NCBI GenBank assembly: GCA_051530055.1
Contig: CM121342.1
Span: forward strand, 7,262,691-7,326,690
DNA: 64,000 nt
Reading direction: 5' to 3'
DNA from: Neoechinorhynchus agilis
Taxonomy: Eukaryota; Animalia; Acanthocephala
The translations under genes were made by a program, and so were the position numbers. The notes beneath the pieces were generated by a model, which did no database searches, was not told the DNA's origin, and saw nothing but the letters and a program-made list of their open reading frames with translations. How positions within the stretch are numbered: the stretch's first letter is position 1; the number at the start of each line of letters is the position of its first letter. This document shows, one piece after another, positions 48,156-57,819 of the stretch.

Positions 48156-48355
48156 CAGGTCACACAAGCAGATGAAGACGCCTCGCATGGAGAATCGAGC
48201 TCGAGGGAAAAGAAGAGGGAGGCCCAAAAAGAGGTGGAACGACGGTGTGAGCAGAGATTTCAAGACGCTGGGAAAGGAGAACAAAGACGAAAACCGACAA
48301 TGCTGAAAAGAACGACCTCTCAAGTGGGAGAAAAGTTCAAAGAAATGTTGTTGTT
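48156..48355 (+). mobile_element. RTE-clade LINE 3' end
   Basis: RGKRRGRPKKRWNDGVSRDFKTLG, a typical RTE C-terminal motif. Confidence 0.78.
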
Positions 48356-48888
48356 ATAAGATTTAAAACGGGACTTATGAAATTTTTCGATAAGTTGTTT
48401 TTATAGGATTTGTCTTCAAAAGATGACATTAATTTCTCTTCTATTTCGAAATAAATCTCTTTCGTTATTTTGTTCCCCTTCTAGAATTCCTTCACTTTCC
48501 CTTCCAGTGCCTTAAATCGCTCGTCTATTTTCGCCCTATCGTTATTATCCACTTGCTTCTCAAATCGATTCGGGATTCTTGGCGATGTTCTATGGAAATC
48601 GTTCTCAGTCAGCATCTAAAATTAAAATGACAAATTTTGTGATCTGTAATTTTTACAACACGTTTCTTTGATGGAATAGAAGAAGTTCGTGATTTTAAGA
48701 CAGCAATGAAATAATTATTTCAACATTGCAGTGGCACGTTTCACATTTCTATATGAATTTGGCAGCAATAAAACATTTTTGACCTTAAAAATTAATTTAG
48801 TTTGTCGAACAAGTGAATTTTTGTTGTCCAATTTTTTTGTCAAATAATATATTTTTAACAATTCAAACAATCTGTTTGAAGCAAACTG

Positions 48889-50705
48889 ACCACCTCCCGC
48901 CGAATTCCAGCTTTTGTCCTTCCTCGACCGTCGCCATCACGCTGGCAGCATTGCCTCGTTGTACTGCGAGCGAGATATTTTGTCGAAGGAATACACCTGC
49001 TCTTGAGTCTGCGGTCGTTTCTCTCAATTTCTTCGAGAGAGATCCTGGAGCAGAGTGCCGAGCTGCCGAGCGCTCCATACGTCTCTACCCCAAAGGGGAC
49101 AAAATAGTGAGCCCTCGATAAGTGAAGATATTTCCGTATTTTCCTCCCTTCCGCTGCACTGGCGGCACCACCGGCGATTTCGAGGGAGTAGCGGATGTTG
49201 CTGGCTGCGGGGGTATCCACACACGTGGCGTCCCAGAGAAGGCATTTGCCCTCCCGCCCCGGAAAGATCGAAATTCCATCGGGGCTACGGCCGTCTAGTC
49301 GACAAAGGTGGGCGGGTTCCAAGATGTTCGGGAAGTTCGCCGTTCTCAACGCCCGAGAAATTGTGTTATTGATCTCAGAATGGCGTGAGAACCTTCCTCC
49401 TGACCTTCTACGGACTAGACCGTGTCGCCCGAAGGCATCAACCAAAGACCCACATCGACAGCGATGGGGCGTGCATATCGGGAGACCAAGTCTTTAGGAC
49501 ACTGCGATCATCGTTACCTCATCAGTAAGAAGAGTTCCCACTGATGCCAGAGGAACAGCATCCAACCACGCCCCAGATTCTCGTGTCGAAACCGCCAACA
49601 ATATAGCTCGGACGACCCCATCGCGAGAACCTGAAAGTAGAGAGCTGTGAGCTCTCGCGACAAGAGGTCTGTCCCAGATCGACTGCCTGAGGCCATTCAC
49701 GGGAACATGGTTAGCGCCTGTCTGCTGGCACCATTCTTCAACTGCCACCACGAAATCCCGGTCAAGACAGAACTTTTCCTTCAAAATGTTCTTCGAGACT
49801 GGTAGGCTCCCCTCAAACGATCCAAGAAAGGCCGCCCAATCCCCAGATGACACAGGCAAAGAAGCTTGTCGCCACGCCTCATCTGAGAGCTGGACATTTA
49901 AAATACGTTCGAGGCAAGCCCTCACCTTGCCGTCGAGCTTAGCCAATCCTTCCTTATGTTTGAAAAATGTTGCTGTGCGAACCTTGTACAATAATTTGGG
50001 GATGAAGAGCTCGTTATTTATCAGAAAAACGCTTCGTTAGCCGAGAGAGCGCTCACCTTATCGCACAGCAACGAAAGTTTCGGTATGATACGGCCGATCT
50101 CATCTTCCACATTTGAATCGAAGACGCAACTGCCCAGGAGGCTGAGTTGCTCCCGAGTCACGAGTTTCAGACCTGGAGCTACGGCCTCGAACCCAGCCAT
50201 TAGTTCTTTGACTTTGGCGGCGTCTCCAATATTCAATACAAGGAGCTCACATTTTCCAGCATTGAGCTCAATGCCCATCTTCGAGGTCTCCCTAATCAGC
50301 GTCTCCAAATCGCGTAGTACAACGGAGGGATCACCTCCGAGCGTAGCGTCATCCAAGTACCAAGCGTTGAAGCTGGAATGGAGAGAATGCGCTATTGGAT
50401 TTACTGTTAGTGAGAATGCGATTGGACCGAGTCGAAAAGCGAAGGAGTCGCCGTCCCGTAGGCATTGAGAAAATACTGGAAGGCTTCTGGGGCATGATCA
50501 ATAATTGCGCGAAACATGGTTTCTCTATTGAGAGAGTTAAAGGCGTTCCGAAAATCACACTTAAGAATCACGCACGGCTCTGAGCTTCTCGTATCCGCCC
50601 CGCAGGATGTGCAGCAGCCCAGTTGGACTGGACGAAGTTGCTGTCCGGTTTTCTCTGTAATACGTTTGCAGAGAATTTTTCCTGCGAGTCGGCGTATCGT
50701 CGAAG
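48889..50705 (-). mobile_element. CRE-type RT-RLE element, 5'-truncated, multiply frameshifted
   Basis: PIAVSSTIRRLAGK, LRPVQLG, KCDFRNAFNSLNR, YLDDATLGG, ESGAWLDAVP, GRHGL, RLDGRSPDG..WDATCVD, FVPFGVETYG and QNISLAVQRGNA. Confidence 0.92.
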
Positions 50706-51860
50706 ATACGGCGATGGGACTTGTTCAATTTTACTCGGAAATTGTTTCTAAAAATAGAAATAAGGCGGATTTCTTGTAATATTCAAAAATTCGAAGCCTG
50801 GAGTTGTTTAAAATAACTTTTGTACTATTTTTAAGTTTTAATTTTTATTTATTTTTTTCGTTGAACCTGCGCATTTCGATAAAAAATTATTTTGAACCAG
50901 CGAAATTCGAGCAGTCGGAATTAATCAAAAAGCTTTTGACATGTTACTTAATTTTTTATAATGCTAAAAGAAAATAACGATAACAATAAAATCGGTGGTT
51001 CAAAAAAATTTTTTCCGTAGGTAAGAATTTCTTTTTAGGACTGAATTTTCTCTGCTTCCTTTCAAACCTTTATTCCGCTAAGATCTTCATTGGGTTTTGT
51101 GGAATATTCTTTTAGTCTGATTCACGAATTATTGGACCAAAGTCTAGCGTAAAAAATCGAATAAACAATTACATTTTTCCATCTAACGTTTTTAATGATC
51201 AATCCCTTAAACATAAATATGTTTTCGATAATTATTTTCTGTCTCAACTTCAATTTAATTGTTAATTGCGCTCAAAAAAGTAACAATATCAAGATTATCA
51301 CAAAATTGTATTACTTCTCATCATTTTTTATTTCATAAGATCGTCTCCTTTTATTACTTTACTTTATGTTCACACGAAAATTGTAAAATTTTCGACAAAA
51401 GTCGATGACGGGTTCTTGATTAGTGCATTTTTTCAAGATCGAAGATAGAACGAAATTTGTTGATTTGTTTAAGCAAAAAAATCTTATTTGTTAATAACTC
51501 ATAAATATTGCAGCAGTGAGTTCTAAACATTTGGAATGGACAAAATGAAAGCCATTAAATTTTTTATTTACCATTCCAATGGACGGTCGCCTTCAATGAT
51601 TAGAAAACTACTAAAATCCGCTGATCAATAAACATGAACTCAATAGTCATTTTATTCACAAGAATTTATTTTTCTTGACAATCTTAAAAATGTAGATTCA
51701 ATTTTCCTACGTTATTCCTCTTCTCGAATTCAAAAATAATTTCGTTCCAATGATTTCACATTTATTCGGTCAATTTTAAATCTAAAAATTGCAAAGATCT
51801 TCCCCCGACGCCTTTACTGATGAAGGCTCTTAATTTTATTTAATTCTCTACATTCAATGT

Positions 51861-53255
51861 CTAAGGAGCCTTCATTTTCCTGTCGATTTCCTCGTCCACA
51901 GGAGCCGATCGTTTCCGCGGTTCCGTCCGCGAGCTACAACTCGCAGTAGCCATCATCGCTACGGAATTCCGCCCACGCATCGGAAATGCAGCCCTCATTT
52001 TAATTGTAATTTTATCGATTCGGTTACTATGGCGTCCGTTATTAATGTTGAATTTAACATCGTGAAGAAGTTTTCCAAGCTGATTATCCCGGATATCATC
52101 TTGCGTGATGTTTTTCTGGGCCATGGCTTTAAATATTCGTATTGCCAGCGCTTGGTTCTTTACCGTCGAATCTTCCTCGAGGTTTCTCCGCAGCACGGCG
52201 CAGAGTTGCTCCATGCTCATTTCTGCATTCACTTCAATCTTTTCTCTAGATTTCTTAGTTCTTTTGTTCGAAGAACTTTTATCATTTGTTGACCGCGGCT
52301 TCTTTTCTGAATGTACTTTTGCTTCTCGGACAAAGAAATCATCTGGATGAATTAATTTCCGCTTTCGAGATTTGGTCGCATCTTTAGTAAAATCGCATTC
52401 CTTTTTCTTTTCTGCTTTTCGACATAATTGCTTTAGTTTTATCAGGACTTCTTTAATAATTTTACTTGTGGCTTCATCACTTTCATTTTTGGCCATTTTT
52501 TCTATAACTTCTACAATCCCAGATTCTTCAATTTCAGCTTTGGTTGTGTTTCTTAAGATAATCTTCGCAAGGATTTGACGGACCCACGCAGTGTTGGTCA
52601 CGGCAAACTGTTCGTTCAATCCGCAATGCAGTCTTTTACGCAGGGACTTTAATGAACCTGAAACAGCCGTAGAGTATCGTTCAATCCAACGCCCTTCGCC
52701 CATATAAACGGCAGTTTTGCCGGATTCGGTTTGTGCTTTTTGTTCAACTTCACCGTTGATTTGCGAAGAGGCATCCATTTCACTTTTGGAAGCTTCATCC
52801 GTTTTAGAGAGATTGGAAGGCATCGTCGGCTTAAAAATTATTTTAGGCAATCTTTTTAACAGCTTTGCTTTTTTTGCCTCGTACTCTTGGGACTCGTCGT
52901 TCGCTCGTTTCTCATTTTCTAATTTTATCTTTTCCGCTTCGATTTGAGGGTCCACTTTTGAAGTCTTGTCATCACGTTTGAGAATTACCTGCAATCTGTA
53001 CTTGATTTTTTCAAGGGACAGAATAATCTCCTCGTTGCCTTTTTCATTCATCATTTCATCAATTATTTCTAAAATACGCGATTCACGAATTTCATTGGCT
53101 GTTATTGGCCGCCTCATAAACTCTCCGATATTAGCTCGCGCGTACATCCAATTGACATTATTGATGCCAATATTGATCATATTTCGGAGCTCGACGCCAA
53201 GTTCCACCAGGCTTTTTTCCTTAATGTTGTTATGTGAACTTTGATTGAACTGCAT
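51861..53255 (-). CDS. Basic/acidic nuclear-type protein with three TFIIS N-terminal (TND/LW)-like repeats
   Basis: The open frame is 479 aa (first ATG at 53255). The repeats EFMRRPITANEIRESRILEIIDEM, KIILRNTTKAEIEESGIVEVIEKM and AMAQKNITQDDIRDNQLGKLLHDV follow the L..L...IT.E.L..T.IG..V..L pattern. KSRKRK is NLS-like. Confidence 0.55.
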   Translation of the reverse strand: MQFNQSSHNNIKEKSLVELGVELRNMINIGINNVNWMYARANIGEFMRRPITANEIRESRILEIIDEMMNEKGNEEIILSLEKIKYRLQVILKRDDKTSKVDPQIEAEKIKLENEKRANDESQEYEAKKAKLLKRLPKIIFKPTMPSNLSKTDEASKSEMDASSQINGEVEQKAQTESGKTAVYMGEGRWIERYSTAVSGSLKSLRKRLHCGLNEQFAVTNTAWVRQILAKIILRNTTKAEIEESGIVEVIEKMAKNESDEATSKIIKEVLIKLKQLCRKAEKKKECDFTKDATKSRKRKLIHPDDFFVREAKVHSEKKPRSTNDKSSSNKRTKKSREKIEVNAEMSMEQLCAVLRRNLEEDSTVKNQALAIRIFKAMAQKNITQDDIRDNQLGKLLHDVKFNINNGRHSNRIDKITIKMRAAFPMRGRNSVAMMATASCSSRTEPRKRSAPVDEEIDRKMKAP

Positions 53256-54182
53256 TAGTAGTCGAGTTGTGGAGTTTAGATTTAAGATTCTCAAGATCAA
53301 GGTCTTCGCTTTGGTATAATGATTTGAGCAACGTCGATTCTACACTTAAGAGAATACAGAGCGTTCACTATCTTTGCGCATATTTACAAATCGATTGATG
53401 ATCTGCACTTCGATTTATTTGCCAAAAACCAAACAATTTGTGTTGCAAATAAGTTTTATTTGCTGTATTTTACATTCCTTTGGATCTGATTCCCCTTTGT
53501 TTTCCATTTTTGTCCTCTGGATTAAAATTATGATTGCTATGTTTTTTCTTGAGATGCCTTTAGAAAGTAAAAACCATCCAAATTTATTGCTTTAAAAAAA
53601 AGAATATTTAAGCTTAGATATAATTTAGAAACTCCGGGGATCGCGTGAACGAAAATCGAGGATTGAGCTGCAAGCAAATTACTTGGGCAGATTTTTTTGA
53701 ACCTCAAGCTTTGTGGCTATTAAGAAGCTAAAAAGTTGGGAAAATACTGATCGGAATCGTTGGAAATCTGCACTAAAATCTTTTATATTGCACATAAATT
53801 GTTGAATGGGAGAGGTTGAACAATAAAGAAACTCCGTAAGAGGGTTCGAAATACATTTAAACTTTGCGGACACATTCACAAGTGGCCATTGAGATTATTA
53901 ACCTTGACGTTAAATCTTTATTAATAATTAAACGGGCGACTTTAACCTTTTTGCTTCATATTTTTCGTGTACCTTTTCGAATACTACAAAATATTTTTAT
54001 TCTTTTAAACGACTAGAAATCGGTCTCAGTTGTCAAAGAATATTGACTGAGTAAAATTCTAATCACATTTTATTCCGTGAACTCTTTCCAGTAAACAAAA
54101 AAGACATCAAGATTCAACGAGACCTTTGGTCGATTCTCCAAAAACATCATTTCTTGATAATATATTAAAAATATTTATTCTA

Positions 54183-57000
54183 TTAACAAAAGTACAAGAG
54201 ACCACTCAGGCGATCGCTAGGTGACAAAATCAGGAACTTCAATTTCTTCTCTGTAGGTTTCACTTCGTGGCTCACCTTTTCATCTCCATTTTTGACAACC
54301 AAATCATCTTCATAAAAATAATCTCGGACTGTTGGATCGCAGAGCTGCAAAAATTCTACATAATGTCTCGCCTGGAAAGCGACGTGGTGGGCATAATAAC
54401 AAGGTGTCGGGATTGAGACTGAACGAAAGCATTTAGCATACAAATGGCACAAATTAAAAGTCACTTGCATAAGATTATTCTCATTAAATCCAATAGAATC
54501 ATAGATTAATCTGTACCGCGTTGGTCTCGATGTTCCTTGGATTCCCGCGTGGCTCACTAGAAATGCATCGAATATGGAATCCATGCAGACTTCTGGGGAA
54601 TATACGGTTCCGGGAAGTGGATTTCCGTAGGGAACATTCGGAGATGATGCCGCTTCTGGACGACAACGACGCCGAGTTTAATCTCGTTCCCCATTCCTTC
54701 TCTTCGGCAGGCTTCTATTATGCCATTGACTTGGAATCGATTGACTAAGTCGAGTTGATTATCGGAAACGCCATCTCGGTACAAAAGGATTCGGTCCGGC
54801 AAACATTTGTTTCGCTCTCGATACTTTCCCAGTATCTTTTGCATTATTGTTTCTAAGTTATAAACAATTTGTATACTTTGAAGCTTGAGGATTTTTCTGA
54901 AGGGAAATCTCGGTAACATTGGAATGAGGAACAAAGTCAACCGAAGCTACAACGGCGGCTATCGATACTCGGCAAATGTGTCCTTGACTATTCAGAACCC
55001 GATGGGTAGCATCGAGACCGACAAACATGGTCTTTCCGTAATTTCCAATTTGTGGATTAAACTTAAATGGCACTGGATTTCGTGTTAGACTCACGTTAAC
55101 ACCGCCGAGCTTTGCACAAAGTTTGTTACAAATATTTACGATCACCTGACCGTCCGGATTACCGCTCCTATCTCGTCTTTTTATCGCTTTGTCAGTGATG
55201 AACTGAGTAATCGATCCGCTGATTAGTTCCGCCGCAGACTTAACTGATGAATATTGGTAGTTGTTCCGTCGTGCAAAAAAGAATGTCACTTTTGTAGTAT
55301 TTCCTGATAAGATATATCGAAGAAATCGAACGTTAAATTCGTCTCGAAGCTAAATATGACGATGTCCATTTTCAGCCAGATCGATTCCATATCTTCGTGC
55401 CGTTTCAATCAGTCTCTTTAAGAATTGCTGGACGCTATCCTCGTCTATTGACAGATTATCCGGAAAAATGTAATAAGACCATGTCAAGTCTTTTCCAACT
55501 CCTTTAAAGAATGAAAATTCTTTACCGGCATTCCAGGCTCCATAATGCTTCTGATATTTTATTTGACCTTGAGAATGATAAATCATTGGTATCGGTAAAA
55601 GACCGGCATCGACTACAGCCATACGATCGGATACTTCAAGTCTCCATTCTTTAAGATATTTCGCACACTCGGTGTTCTTTTTTGATTGCAAATACATTAA
55701 TTTCGAATCAATATTAAACTTCATCTGAGTCGGAGAAAGTGCTGTTCTTTTAATAATATCCGCCATTTGATTTTTAAGTTCTTCGTTCTGAACCTTTCGT
55801 GCTGCGAGATATACAAATTCTAATGAAACTACGGCATTTCCTCTTTTACCCGTCGCCACGGTCACAAAAAATGAGGCAAACAATCATGGCCGTAATGTTC
55901 TTCGAAAAAATGACGAACGCTAATATTCGATTAACTATCGTCATTGTTTAAAACGAATTTGTATTCAAAGGGTGATTCCATCTTAAAGGAATTAAAGGTG
56001 GCGTACCGCTTATGCTTCCCTTCCGAATCATATTTTACAATGATCTTTGTTCGGTCCTTCGAAAATTCACTAATCGATTGTAATAATTGAGGATTAGTTT
56101 TGCTGGCGGTTAAATCGTCTTCCGATATTCCTTTTTTCCGAAGGAAATCAAGCAACGATATTTCGGGTGCGATAACTGCATTTGCGACATCGACATTCAA
56201 TGCTATAGCGTCGAATGCAATCACGGCACTGGCGAAGATTCCGAATCGAGTCGATGAGGGTGGATCATTTAAAGGAAAAAAAGATCTCCCAAAGTTAATT
56301 AGAAGATTCGTTAGTGCGAATTTAAGGACAATATCGATTATTGCCATCTGCGGACGGAGTGCAACAGATTTTCCGATCATGTTTCTTATCAATGTAATGT
56401 CCTGCTCCATATCGATTTCATTGGTTTTCTTAAATATAACCAGGTACTTTTCAGAGACGAGTATTGAACACTCATCCCTGCCTGTGGCGAAATCGCTAAG
56501 TGAGTAAACCACACGACCACCGTTGTATACAGTTCGGTACTTGAATTCTTTTTCAAGATCATTTGCCATTTTCAATATCGCTTTTTTAATTATAATTCGC
56601 TGTTTTAATGAAGATAAGACGTTTTCTCCGTTTGGGTTAGTGACACCCAAACCTCTATCTTTATCTTCAATCCTCACATCGTACTGCTTTACTCTGAAAG
56701 GAGTTGAGTTGGTCAGTGGAAAATAATTGATCATCATTTTCATTGACTTATTTAATTTTTGTACAGTAAACATTTTTTGGACGTGTTTCAACGCTGCGTT
56801 CTTGTCGCAGCGTATCTATTTCTAAACATTCAAAATCATTAGGTTTAAAAATATGGTTCGACATTATGGGATTCATCTATCGACATATTAATTATTTTGC
56901 TTTTTCCATTATATTGTCTTTGTGGTTCTGCATCGTTCCCCCTTTGACCTTGATTTCTCTGGTACTGTCCACGGTTTGGCCATCTCCCGCCTCGATCTAA
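54183..57000 (-). pseudogene. AGO: Argonaute (AGO clade), intronless, with multiple frameshifts and two in-frame stops
   Basis: RGGR-containing N-tail, MINYFPL, PAZ (ISVRHFFEEHYG), NKLCAKLGGVN, FVGLDATH, YRDGVS, QKRHHLRMF, GNPLPGTV, SHAGIQGTSRP, SVSIPTPCYYAH and terminal LYFC. TAA at 55931 and TAG at 55350 are followed by in-frame continuation. Frameshifts lie near 55875, 54880, 54620 and above 56790. Confidence 0.9.
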
Positions 57001-57255
57001 TTTTATGTTTATTTATCCTCCAATTTTCTCTCTATATCGTCATGAATGCTAACCGCTAACCAAACCAGTGGATTTTCTCTAATCATCAACAACATAATAA
57101 TCGAAATTATAGCCGAAATAAAAACATGTAATTAAAGCCAGAACTCGAAAATCCAACTTTAACGTAAGGCTTTAAACTGTGAAATAATTTTATTTACAGA
57201 AAACACAGAAACTCTTGCAGCGCTTTAAGCAGCATTAAAACTCGGACGAACTCGC

Positions 57256-57815
57256 CTAGTTGTTCAGTTGCGAGTCGTCCATTGTATTGGCATGTTCGCT
57301 ATTTTGTCCATTCGTTGTATCCTCTGATTGTCCGTTTGATTTATCAAATACCAACAAATGCGATAAAGATTTTTCCAATGGTTGCAATCCATACGACTTT
57401 TTAATCGATAGCTTCACCACAAATGATTGTCGCGAAACGTCGTAGCCAATAATCTTTGCGATTAGTCGTTCCTTTTGTGCGAATCGAGTGTCCATTTGCC
57501 GAAACCGATACTCTAACGGTCCTTGAGCCATTTCTTTAGTTGAACATCCATCCAAATGACACTTAAAAATCGTCTTTCGAATAGCGAGTATCGATGGGGA
57601 AGCAACGTAGCACATTAATTTAGAAACAAACCGTATCTTTCCGGAATCTACTTCTTCGACAAGAAATCTATGACCCTGGTCCTCCAGGATCTTTACTCTT
57701 TTGAATGATTTATCGGAATCTTTGACGAGACAATAATGGCCAGGATAAAGTTCTCTCGATACCTCCTTTTTCACTTCCATTACATCGTCGACTAGATCTT
57801 TAGCGATTACAATAC
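57256..57815 (-). CDS. Tudor-domain ORF, 5' end abutting a LINE insertion
   Basis: PGHYCLVKDSDKSFKRVKILE..FLVEEVDSGKIRFV..ILAIRKTIFKCHLDG (extended Tudor/TDRD-like). AATAAA lies ~65 nt after the stop. Confidence 0.7.
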
Positions 57816-57819
57816 CGAC

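Noticed and set aside
50880-51015. Short inverted repeat (AAAAAATT.TTTTGAACCA) as a MITE
   Set aside because: Only ~19 bp, low complexity, no TSD, in very AT-rich DNA.
54540-55940. Tiny introns explaining the AGO breaks
   Set aside because: Homologous sequence continues directly across each break with 1-2 nt shifts or simple read-through, and no frame-restoring GT..AG segment is needed or evident.
54183-57000. Non-standard genetic code (TAA/TAG = Gln) explaining in-frame stops in AGO and CRE
   Set aside because: The 1127-codon OGT frame has no internal TAA/TAG despite many Gln. The CBS copies end in TAA and TAG at the same position, where their similarity also ends.
57040-57260. Tudor-AGO fusion protein
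   Set aside because: Stops follow the Tudor TAG in frame and an AATAAA lies in the gap; two genes is the simpler reading.
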